NCBI GenBank assembly: GCA_002633005.1
Contig: NMRA01000344.1
Coordinates: forward strand, 323,776-387,775
Direction: 5' to 3'
DNA: 64,000 nucleotides
Source of the DNA: Phoronis australis
Lineage: Eukaryota; Animalia; Phoronida
Position 1 is the first letter of the stretch, and each line of letters starts with the position of its first letter. The translations under genes and the position numbers were made by a program. Below the pieces are notes generated by a model. It was not told the DNA's origin. It saw nothing but the letters and a program-made list of their open reading frames with translations, and did not search any database. This document shows, in pieces, positions 52,042-64,000 of the stretch.

Positions 52042-53382
52042 CCGAGCAGTTGCGAAAGCAGCGATATACAAAATAAACTGAATAAGTGTGGAACCGTTTC
52101 TTCATATGTACTTGGACCTTCATCGGCTGATTATTTCTAGCAAACTGGCCCTTCTCAACCATAAGCAAATGCTATCTACCATTAAAACTAATTGGAAGAT
52201 CACGATGCAAAGCTGTGTTTGCTCAAGCTTGAATGATTGTCAAACAAGTGACTTTTGTTTACTTATTGGTATTTGAATGATATTTGACGAAAATGATTTT
52301 CTACTGCGGAACGGAAAGGTTTAGACGTATTTTGATATCTCGAGAACCTTGGTGAGCAATCACAGTTTTATTAATAAGAAAGTTTAAAAAATAAATTCTC
52401 TTTAAACTATCTGCAGATTCAAAGCTCTCGTTCTCGGACCAATGGGTTGTTTGGTTCTGTAATAAAATGATGTTCGTAATTTATGAGAAATTTCACGATT
52501 ATTATAACAGTAAAAAAGAAGGGGAAGTTTGACAGAACACCCACAGTCCACCTATGAATATCGTTTTATCAAACTGTTTTATTTGCTTATGTTTATTTAC
52601 TTTAATTCACGTTTTATCAACTGTCCATAGGCGTTGTCTTCGTAACGTCTTGTATGAAGTGGGTAACTCGCATATTTCGTGCTCGGAGATAACAGTCGCT
52701 GGGAGAGCATGATTCACTGCATATAACACGAAATATTATATGCCGAGATTGGGCAACTCGACCGACTTGCTCATCACAGAAATCAGGTTGCTGATTTTAT
52801 TGTTCTCTCGAAAATAAGACTATCATAAACACATTAGGGCGGCAATAGTACTTTTGAATTTTTGTTTTGAAAGTTTGTAAATAACATATTTGAATAGTTC
52901 GTGAAAAACACTCGTGAATAGGTTTTTGAAGTTTGAAAATAAGACAAGAATGTGGCTTTTATAACCAAAAATGTTGCAATAATATGTTTCTTATTAATTC
53001 TGCTGGGCGTGCAACATAATTGGGCAAAAAAGTACGCGTACTCTGCATCCACAGCGGTCAAGACGTTTCTCACAATATCGTTAAAGCTGAACTTACTTTT
53101 GGAACAGCACTCGCTGTCCACTATGGAAAGCCCGATGACAAAATTGAACCATAAATGAGATGATTTTAAAATCTTTGCTGTCCATGATGTATTAGCTCTT
53201 TGCTAAACATGCTGTGTCCTCGTTAAATAAATTTAAAAATATTATTATTAATAATAAGGATAACGAAAACGGTAACGAGTAATAGTAGTGATAGTAGTAA
53301 CAGTATTAATAGTAGTAACAGTAGTGATAGTAATGTAATGCTAATAAAAATGATAATAGGTAACCAAATCCATGTCGTGTCA

Positions 53383-53668
53383 GCCCGGAGGGCATTCCTC
53401 TGGAGGGTGTATAATAAAAGTGCCGCCCAAAAGGGTGTTTTTTACAAAAAATACTCTCCAAAATGGTGCCTTTTTCGACAAAACTATATCTAGAAGGTGC
53501 CTTTCCTGAATTTCTGGAACAAAAGAGTGCAAAATGTGAGGTTTTACACAAATTGGTGTCTAAATTGGTCACTTTTTTGTACGCGCACATTCTCTAAATG
53601 GGTAGGTACTTGTATTCAAAATTTTCGGGCTGCACTCCTCGTCTAAAATACTCCAGTACCCTCAGGCC
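53383..53668. mobile_element. MITE-like element with CCCGG-type ends
   Basis: cccggagggcattcc ... cagtaccctcaggc degenerate ends; internal aagggtg..tttt repeats. Confidence 0.45.
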
Positions 53669-56467
53669 GTGTCACATACTACTTGTTCGTGATTTTCGTC
53701 ATTTTCCTTGCAATATGACGTGGGTTTCGTAAAATGTAACAATGGTACATTTCTCGCATGTGCGTTCGACGTGAAATGTAACAACTACGTAAAATGTAAC
53801 AACTTGTTACATTTTTAGGAGGGGCTTAGTAGAATAAATATACACCGGTGAGGTTTAATCAACACTCTTATCTCAAGATTAACTTCCTCATGGTTGTCAG
53901 TTCCAAGAAAGAAAAAGCGAAAGAAGTATAGTTAAATTGAAATGAAACTGGTTTTCTTAGACAAATATCATCATTGCATTAGCGTGTACAACCTGTTTGA
54001 GGGCATACCCATTAATACTATCTCATGATAGATTAAAGTAAACGCATTTTCTCACGACCTTTGTATATTGTCGAATTATCACGAGCTTCGTGTCTACTTA
54101 GTTATTTAATTTCTCGTTGCTCTAGAAATTACAGCGATCTCATAAGATGTATTGAGACTTGGTGATTTCTTTTCTTCTGGTTATGAGACTACTGCGAAGC
54201 AGAACATTAACTTGTCTTGTGAACAGCCTGAGGATTTTAGTGTCCGAGGGATAATGTTCTTAAATGCAATCCAATGAACGTAACCGAGCAAACCAAACTT
54301 TTGACACACCATAAACAAGCTAAAATGTTTTACAGAATGAGTTTTATATCAATTAAAAGACTAAAGTGCCTATAAGCCCGCAATCATATAAAGGAACTTT
54401 TGATTTAGACCACATGCCGTTATGAAATTGACCCAAATTGCTCCTTGAATGTGATTCCACGATTTCTAAACAGTGGAAGTTCGTCATTGCTTAAGACTCA
54501 TCCCAAGTTTATTTGTCAAGGCGTGTCATTTTATGCAATGAACATGGAATCAAAGTATGACGAATTGCCTGTTCTTTGCAAAGCTAGACATCTCGCGTCA
54601 TCTTAATAACGAACATCAACCTGGCCAATTTTATAGCGGAAAAGGGTTTAAATTAAATGCTCGGTTGTTAATAGCCCTTTAACTACAAGCCGAAAGATTA
54701 AAACGGATGTTATTGATGATTGATTGGAAAATTTGCGACATGAAATGTCACGGGACTAACAGATGGTTTTGGGAAACCCCAGAATTCCTGGAAACCGGAA
54801 CTAAATAGGTACATGTACGTGGATAAAGAAAATGTCCATGCGTCGAGTGCTTACACGTGTATTGTCTACAAAGGAGTTTTTACCATTGTGAACTGACACC
54901 ATTCATCTTATCGGTTTATTGTCTCTTAGTCCAATAATGTTATCACTGAGCATATAGATTAAGTCCTATAAATTAATGATCGTATTAGAATAATACGATG
55001 AGATTTTAAACGTTATCGTTCACACGGAACATTGAAGTGATAGAATAGTGGCGTATAGCACAAAGCACAAAGCATATAATCAATGTTGCCACAAAACTAT
55101 ATTTTAAACTCTCCACATCGTACTGAGGCGCGACGTTGTTTCCGCGGTACGAAGTCAATTGATGAAAGCTGCAATTCCGTGCTAGGCCCGGATTATAGTC
55201 TCTTAACTCGAGATGGACCTCAAAATTATTTTGGCATTTTCTATTCTACTGTTGTGCTACCTCAAGATAAATGCCTGTTATTCCACAGTCTAGTAAGTAA
55301 TGGCTTATATGGATAACTGTCTACTCCTAGTTTGCACTTCATTATTGCAACATTAAATAAAGGTTTTAGGTTATAAAATTCGCATTCAATGCTCAATTTT
55401 CATAATTCAAAAACCTAATCAAGTGTGCCTTTCATGAACTATTCAAATATGCTATATTCTACAAACTAGCTTGCAAAACGAAACTTTAAAAATAGCGTTA
55501 TCTCCCTCCATGTGTTATGATGGTCTCATGATCTAGTGATTCAGCAGCCTGAGGCGATTTCATTAACCACAACAACATGGTGTCTTTGATCTAAGCTGCA
55601 GATTCTGTGGTGCGCAAACCGGTCGAGTTGCCCAATCTCGACCGGCTAGGGTGGCAACGTAGGATTCTTTTCGTGGAAATCTTGAGTTTTTACTCAAGAC
55701 CTTAGCTCAAATCCAGGGATCATCAAATGCAAACTTGGGAGAGAAACTCACTGGCATAAACCAAAATGTACTTGGGCACAGAATACAGACAGAGATGACA
55801 AACCTTGATTTCGTACAAAAGTAGAACGGAGAATGGGAAAAATAATATCGGGTTTGATTGCGAGTAAAAATATTTGGCCCCGGCCCCTGCTTAGTTCTCG
55901 TGCTTAAGCATTAATTTTAAAAGTGCATCGCATTAACCTTGAAAGTTTCCTTTACATGATAACATCTATTTTAACATTCAGTTGAAATCTGGGACTATAT
56001 TGAAACGAAAACAGTCGGAAGTTAGAAGGCCGAATCTTCAGTAAATATCAGTAGCCAACATAACAGTTTGAATGTCATTCTAGAGTGATTTTATTAAGTT
56101 CAAAATCAAGATAAACACATTACATAACCTTGAAATGAACAAAATAAATCATTGTTGAGGTTACGCATCTTTCAAGTCTGGTCTCTCAGGTTTTTTCACA
56201 ACGTGTCCACGACAACCACTAACAGATTGGTAAAAAGTCAAAAATCAGATTCTGCAGGCTTCCTGCTTTCAGAAATTATGTAGTTTTACTGAGGACCCAG
56301 CATCTATGCAATTACTGTTTGCAGCCAATTGTTATGTCATCCAGGCATTTCGTCTTTTCCACACGAGATTTGGACAATTATATAATCAACAACTTACCAG
56401 TAAGTGTCAATATATAAATATAGACACTGATGTGGGCCAATAGTGAAATATACACAGAAAAATCAGG

Positions 56468-56540
56468 AAGCCTAACTGGGAATCGAACCACTGGTCTCTA
56501 GATTCCCTGTCTAGTGCTCTTATCACTGAGCTACTGACTA
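56468..56540 (-). mobile_element. tRNA-derived SINE head or tRNA pseudogene
   Basis: Minus strand gtagctcagtgataagagc (A box), ctaga-cagggaa-tctag stem-loop, ggttcgattcc (B box); acceptor stem and anticodon loop are non-canonical. Confidence 0.65.
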
Positions 56541-56579
56541 CCCAACATCTTTATGAAGTGTTTTAAAAAGGCGTTTAAT

Positions 56580-57390
56580 AATTCCAAAAATAAAAGTTTG
56601 AGACATCTTCCCCTGGCCATGTTCATGAAAGACAAAATTTAAGTACGCAGTAATCTGAAATTCAAGACATTTTAAATGACTATTTGAAAAGCAAAACTGA
56701 CTTCTTTTCACAAAACATGTAAGCTGCTTGTCATCTTGATGTGTGCATGGTTCAGATCTTTAACTTGTGATGCTTCAGAACTCTGTACGCGTTAAAAGTT
56801 CAAAGATATTCGATAAAACTTGACCATATTCCGGAGGTTGACAGGTACCAAATGTCTGTTTGTGTTACTCATGTTGCATGTCATGAAAAGGAGAACAGCT
56901 GAAAGAATCAATGTTTTAAATCATGGTGGTGTAACACTGGCATTGTCAGTAGCTAAATGTATTTAGTAGCACCATATTGTGACCGACTGTGATTGAATAA
57001 TAACATACATTACATTTCTTTGGAATTGTGGGGTTCTGCTTACTGACAACGCTTCTTGTTAGGAGAGATTTTATGAAAAGGGTCGATATAATTTATTGGT
57101 GAACAGCTTGATATACAGTTTGGTAGCTTTGATAACATTAACTACCTTTCTGTTGTTATCAGTAAGTCCCTTGTAAACACATTTTAGTATATAAGACCGT
57201 CTACCCACTGTAAATAATCACACCTACTTCCTCAAGAGTTGCCTACATCTTGTTTGACGTGACTCGTACACACTTGATAAATTAGAGACCAAGAAAGAAA
57301 CAGGGCATACAACAGATAAAATTAAGTGTGACGTACTTTACTCAGTATCAGTAACCCAGCATCACCGAATATCTACGAAATTTAATATAA
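56580..57390. repeat. Second copy of the 49560-51310 repeat, lacking a ~0.9-kb insert
   Basis: Same colinear blocks as listed for 49560-51310. Confidence 0.7.
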
Positions 57391-57969
57391 TCCTTAAAGC
57401 CAGTTTGTACCCACCCACAAATAGATCGGTTTCGAGATTGGGTCGCTGGTGGATCGGTTTAGGAGCTTTTTTCAAAATACCAACATGGAAACCATGCGGT
57501 TAGTCGCGTCGATTTCTTTTGAAAAAGATCGTTTTCACGGTTCATGCGAGGAAACAAATCCTACACTCGTCTCAGATTCATGACATCGGCAAAACCTCTC
57601 AGAAATTTCGTCAAAATCCCTTCTCAAGCCTCAGGATTTTGATGAAAATTCCAAGAGTTTTTGCCCATGTCATAAACCTTAGACGATTCTCTATGTAGGA
57701 TCTTATTGACAAGCCTGTATATTGAGCCAAATATCTTCAAGATTATAGAATTAAACTCAACAAAAGTATGCATTTTCAGAAAGTAGAAATTCCGGAAACT
57801 TCTATTTTTGATTTTATACCAATGTGCCACTAATTAAATCACGTGACCATTGTGACGTTTTGGACACAGTCAGTGGGCGTTTATTTGGTGTTAGAGCTTC
57901 TTGTGCCAAATGTTCATGTAGTGAGGCGTTTATTCGGAAAATTCCTCTTGAAAGCCCACCCAGCGTCAA

Positions 57970-58395
57970 CTTTAAGACACACACAAGTGATCTATGCTCT
58001 TTCTGTGGTGAACACAGTGAAACTTTTTTCCATCTCTTTTGGGAATGTCGTCTTGACTCCGGTTTCTGGCTCCTGTTTGCTGAGTGGTTAAAACAAACAT
58101 ACCATGTAAATTTTCATGTGGACAAGATAGCAGTGTTTTTTGGGAAACATTCATTCGGAAAATTGTAATATTAATCTGTTGATCATGTTAGCAAAAATTA
58201 TATATTTAGCCAAAATTTTGTTAAAAAACCCTTAATTTTCAATTGTTCATTAACTTTATTAAATTACGTCTTGAAGGAAACATGGTACTTGTTGACTAAT
58301 GATTTAATGTTATTCTTTGTAAACGATGTGTACTGTATTGTTTTATGTGACATGTAATTATCATGCTGGAGCAAACTAAAAATACGAAAAAAAAC
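57970..58395 (+). mobile_element. L1/Tx1-type LINE 3' end (zinc-binding domain)
   Basis: LCSFCGEHSETFFHLFWEC...FW...WL...VFFG, then frameshifted NLLIMLAK; A-rich tail at ~58375-58395. Confidence 0.78.
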
Positions 58396-61300
58396 TTCAA
58401 CACACATATTCAGTTTTGTAGAGCATTTATGATTTAGAAAAACGAACAGAGTGTCGACAAACTATGCGCTTGTTGAGTTAAAATTAAAAAACACAGTTTT
58501 GTGCAAAAATCGCTTATATTTTCATATCAGCCAAGGCTCTGGCTCTCCGTTTGCACTCCTGAAAATGTTCATTTCCGAATACTCGCCCATGGGCGTATCT
58601 ACGGACAATCCCGGTGTGAAAGAGTTATTATTTTGTGTAAAATTCAAAATGAATAACTCTCATATTAGAATCCCAAAGAGGTACATTAGCCTCAACCAGT
58701 TTCAAAATAAGGTTTAAAGAGCACGTCCACGAATGGACCAGGCAAACTGTGATAAAGGCTATGTCACGGATTTCATCGATTATTTGCCAGTTTGTCGCGT
58801 AAAGTCACGATGTCGATAACGCCGTCCATCCGTAATTAATCTGTAAATTTCCGTACCGTCCTTGACCTCGAACCGTCCAAGATGGAAGTGTATTTGGGCT
58901 TTTTGTGAACATTTTTGTTCTTTGACTGCAAATTTCTTACGAAGTTGCCGGAACCGGACACCGTGAATGGTATTGGAAGAAAGAACAATTGCCAACGGTT
59001 TGTTGAAACCTTGTTTTGTGTAAATTTATTGAGTTTTACGTTAGCTATGAAGGGCTGAAGTGAAGCACCCGTGGGTTTTCTAGTCGAGAGTGTCATACCT
59101 TGTAGTATTATATGTAGTGTATTGGGGACGATCAGAAGCTGAGGACGCCTGTGCACTTACATTCCAAGCTCAAGCTTGGCCTTGGGCTTAGAGCATTTCT
59201 GATGTTGAAGGTGGGCACATATCTTACTCTTATTTGGCTTCCATCTGACTCCATGCTGAGATCGACGATTTCCACAAACTGGGGGGCACACTGTTGTAAA
59301 CAATCCCACTCTGGCCCTGGCAAGAATCAGCAGCTACTTTCAGTTTCAGCACTGTCACTGAACGGGACCGGGTCGGTGACTTCAACATATTTCAAATGGC
59401 TTGCTATGGACTTGCTGCAATCAATTAGTGCTTCAATTGCTTGCTGCATGGTTTTGATATTTTTTTGAAGCTCCATAAACCAGATTTGAAGGATTATGCC
59501 AACGAACACAATATATTAAAAACTTCATCCACCTCACCAGCCATTTTTTCTTCAATGATATCAGAGACACCTGAAGGGCTTTTCATCAAAATGGTAATTC
59601 ACAGTAATAAAACAAACCAAAACAAAAAATACTAATTTCATTTGATTGTTAAGAAATAATCCCAATAATTTAACAACCATTTTAAATCTCATAACTCAAC
59701 ATTTTCGATGACTAGTAGCTATTGTCATAAGTGCTCACTTTGGCTGAGGTGGCTGCGAACAATTGTTCATTACTTTATGAAGACATGTGTTTGCCGGTGG
59801 TTTTGATGCCAAATATCTGTTCTACTAAGATAGATCAAACCCACAATTAAGGTTTTCAAAGTGTAAAATTTGGCTTCAGCTAAGATTTACTCATTCAAAC
59901 CTGGGCAAGTTATCCATGTTTTCTTCTTGTATGACTCCATGACCCTTCAAACCCGAAATGTGGCATTTAAGGTGCAACTTGACACTTTCATTTTTCATTT
60001 TTACGAAGACAATGGATGACTTTATACAAAATAGTAGCTATTTTATTTTCTAGTAGCTTCTGTAATTACTTACAATGTCACAAAAACTGTGTTTTTTGGG
60101 GTAAGTTCTGATAGTGGTTTTCAGAGAAAACTGAGGTACCTGACTTTTAAGCTACCTAACGCGATAGTAATTACCATATGAAAGTAAACAAAAATGCATA
60201 ATATGATCCAAATCCGTCACATATGGTTTATCACCCCTGCATGGAATTGTTCCTGGTCTGAAGTGTACTGCACTCTTAAGAGCTTTGTGTTCCAGGCCTC
60301 TTAAAGATTTAGTCAGACATTTTGGATTACGCTCTTATTTCACAGTTAGTGAATCAATTTAATTGTTAGCGCATCGCAATTTAGAAATAATTCATTCAAA
60401 CTATATGAACAACTAGATACATGTATTATTGATACATTACAGGCACATTGGACTTTTGATGACACCAGGTGAAATTTTGTTTCTGAAATTCATGTGGTCG
60501 TGTGGGAATTCCAAACATGCTACTCCAGGCAATTTTCACCAGTCTCCGGGCTACCCACCGTACCATAAGCGTTCTTCACCAAATATGTTTTACAAGTTAC
60601 CAGAAGCAGTCGCAACTTTGCATTCATGGAATTAATGTTATCGCATGAGTTACTGCCAGTGCAAATATCGTTATCTGCAAGTCTCATATCGTTGAAATTT
60701 GCGCACGTGACTGCAGAATTTTGCCATTCATTATTGCAAGGTGACGTCCAGTGCATTCAACGTTGTTTTTCAGATATTCCGAATTAACAGAAGTGTCCAC
60801 CTCAACTTAACAACAGAAACGAGATGAGCGCCTAACACAAATAGTTTTTTCGTAAGTATGTATAATAGCTTCTTAAATAAACTACAGAAACAAATTTTGA
60901 CACTGTCCAGTTTATCAAAAAACTACTAATTATCTAACCTATTGTTTATGGGCAGGCGAAATGAATAATTTCCAAATCCAAATTGCATTGTCTATGAAAT
61001 TCTGTTGGAACAGTTGACAGAGTGATGGTTTTTAACTCTCTCCAGGTTGCACTCCGAGTGATAATGTATACCGAAAAACGAAGAAGTCTCTTTTGCCAGC
61101 ATTCCAGCATTCTTCTTCTGCTGACTACAGCTGTATATACATGTAAGTATACCTGTCACAACATCCATTGTCTTATTTTGTAACCATTTTATGTCGTATA
61201 GACTGAAGTCAAACAAGGACGACACCAATTGAATATTAAAAATGTGTTCACTGTTTTAGACTTGTTTACTTGGTGCGACTGCAAGGTTTAAGATAACGTG

Positions 61301-63625
61301 CAGCTTACTGTTCACTAAGCGGCGCTAATTAAGAGAGATCCATGTTTTAAATTCTGAGTAGACTGAGAACAAAAAGCAATTCAATGGAGCCACAGGCCAT
61401 TATCGGGAAACCTGTAACGCAAGATACTCGTGATGAGGGAAAGCAATCACGTGCTTTACATTTTATATCCCGCGGAGAATCCCGAAAATGGAGATCACGG
61501 TCATCAAAATAAGAATAATTTTTGATACAAACTTCGAAAGTGCCCTTGACGGCACTATTAAAACCAAGCTGAAAAACCAGCAGAGATAGGATTGCGTTGA
61601 GCTCGGGTACCGATTGAGAAATTATATGTATTTAAAAATGAGATTTCTGACCTCTTGAATTGTCAAAGTAATTCATTTTACAACAAGAAAGATATTTTCA
61701 CATTTCCAAAAGTAGGGGTAACATACATGTATGCTTGAACGTCATGGTTTGGATTTAAGTTTCAGTAACAAATAATAACTCTGTTGAAGTTGTAAGGTAC
61801 GATGAAACTCTTAAACACGTGATCTGATGATGTGTACCAATTGCCGTGACAAAATGTGCGAACTAACTTGGTAATCATAAAACATCATATTTCAGAAAAC
61901 TCTCAGGTACTGTGATTTACGCACTATTGTCCATTGCAGTTTTAAGAATTGTTTTTAACCTTTTAAAACATTTGCATGAGGGTCTATCAAAAAGGATTTT
62001 CATGATTCCAACGAAAAAATGTGTAAATTTTCGATAAAGAAATATTTAAAACTGTAATAGTGTTTTTAAGAATACTTATATCAAATAAAATTTGATCATG
62101 CTATTTTTTTCTGTCAACGTACATTTCTTTTTTGCTATTTGCACTTAAAATATGTTGGCGTGGCCCAATTAATGTCAAATTAGTAGGAGATCAAAAATCA
62201 AATTTTATAGACTGTTTACTTTCAGAAAATATGTACTTTTGCTGAGTTAAGCTCTAGAGCTGTGTAGATAATTGGGCTAAATGTAGAGTGTTATCGTTAA
62301 GGTCCTCCACAACATCAATCAATTCCAAATATGTGACGCGCAGTTTATTAGTGTTTTGAGAAAAAAGTTTTGCTTGATCCAATCTCACACCAGTGCAAGA
62401 TGTTCACGTTGACTAGAACAAAAAAAGCAATTGCAAGTTTGAGGTTTTGGACATTTTTGTGTCAATAATTTGAAAATTCCAGTGCATAGTCGTTCATAAA
62501 ACCATTCTGTGCTTAGTGCCTGCTTTATCGTATGATCATTATGCAATGCATCGTCACTGGCCATATTTCGACGGGGCCGAAGTACCTGATTATTCAGTTT
62601 GCATTTTCGTATTACATGCTTTTAGCTCTTTCCTTACTGTCCTGAGTTTGAATTAAATATTGAACAAACTGACCCCTGATTCTAGATATGACTGTCGACA
62701 CTGACTAGTAAGGTTGTTCTAATTTATCCTTGGTTTCTTATTATCTACATTTTGCATAATTGTCTTTGCCTACTGCAAATAGCGTCATAATATCGCAAGA
62801 CACGTCACCAATTGACAACAGTATTTTGATGATAAAAAGAACGCTATTTTGAAATTTAACGTCACAATAATTGGAAAGTTATTACAAAACCAACATTCGT
62901 ACATTAAATAATCTTATAATTGAAAAAAATAATATTCAATTTTTTATGAATAAGTCAATTTTGTAAAAAAGCGTCTGCTTTCAATTTGACAAGAAGCCAT
63001 AACGAATTCGCTGTTTTACGACGATCCTTTACTTTTGCGTGGGAAGCACGTCAGGAATCAATGAATGTAAAACAAAACAGAAATATTTAATCGTTTGTAT
63101 AGGAACCAAGGCAATAAAATTTGAGGTACAAAAGATAAACGTCTGAAAAACGTTCTTTTACGCCATACGAAAATAAATAAACCAGGAAGCAAAATTGACA
63201 TCGCTATTAATCCGTTTTCGAAAGAATTTTAATCATTGGATATGATTTTTTCATAACTCATGTAAATTTCAGAGATGCTTTTGTTCAGGCGGTTATATGA
63301 TGGAAGATTTATTTGGTGACACACGATTTGTTTAGAATTTTTAGCAAACAATCCAAAATACGAAACAAGAAAAATTAATAAATTAAATCATGCAATACAG
63401 TTGAATCAGTCCCTTTAAATATAACTATATTATCATGCTTAACGAAACATAGACATAGGCATGTGAATAGTTTTGTAGGCTGTATTTGAATGGAAATTGA
63501 AAAGTTACGAATAAACTGGAAATGACAACAAATGCAACCAGGGCAGGAACTGAAACATAATGAGTGACTGTGAAGATCCTCAACAATTATCAAATAAAGC
63601 AGAGAACATTTGTGTTTTATTTTAG

Positions 63626-64000
63626 GTGAAGCAGCAAATGAATCAGCTACACCAACCTCCTCTGAAGTTTCAACAGTATCAACTTTCAATGGTGGCAATT
63701 CAAAATTTGGCAGTACAAAGAATACTACTGTACCATCACCCAGCTCTGAAAGTACACGAAATAGTAGTCCATCTTTCACGTTAACAACACCAACCCCCTC
63801 TACAAGTGGCGTAACACATGGAGTTACAAATGCCGGTAGTCCATCATCAACGTTAGCGCCAACAACACCAAGCCCCTCTACAGGTGACGTAACAACTGGA
63901 GCTACAAATGCCGGTAGTTCATCATTAACGTTAGCGCCAACAACACCAACCTCCTCTACAGGTGACGGAACACCTGGAGCTACAAATGCCGGTAGTCCAT
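63626..64000 (+). CDS. Second mucin-like gene: PTS exon running off the window
   Basis: gttttattttag| acceptor, phase 1; open frame EAANESATPTSSEVST... followed by 78-bp/26-aa repeats TTPSPSTGDVTTGATNAGSSSLTLAP. Confidence 0.75.

Noticed and set aside
56468-56540. Functional tRNA gene
   Set aside because: The acceptor stem is mismatched and the anticodon loop (CAGGGAA) is non-canonical; it is better read as a SINE head or pseudogene.

Overview
This is an AT-rich, intron-containing animal genomic window, probably from a marine invertebrate; the taxon cannot be fixed from the sequence. It contains four genes. (1) The last four exons of PLEKHA8/FAPP2 (GLTP domain, + strand). (2) A clan-2 (CYP17/CYP1/CYP2-like) cytochrome P450 with an intronless CDS (- strand); its apparent 721-aa length comes from a haplotype-overlap duplication at an N gap, and its I-helix lacks the canonical acidic residue. 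(3) A large multi-exon transmembrane mucin (+ strand): signal peptide, ~2000-aa Thr/Asn-rich PTS region, two sushi/CCP domains, a second PTS region, SEA with a GS-type cleavage-like site, a MUC3/17-like Cys-rich EGF region, TM helix and Tyr-containing tail. (4) The start of a second mucin-like repeat exon at the right edge. An inverted, truncated copy of the mucin SEA exon lies ~11 kb downstream of the original. Intergenic and intronic DNA is full of MITEs, solo LTRs, LINE 3' ends, Penelope remnants with hammerhead-like cores, minisatellites and older duplications. I see no clear wholly new system; the best candidates for novelty are the sushi+SEA mucin architecture with its periodic N-glycan repeat, and the atypical P450.
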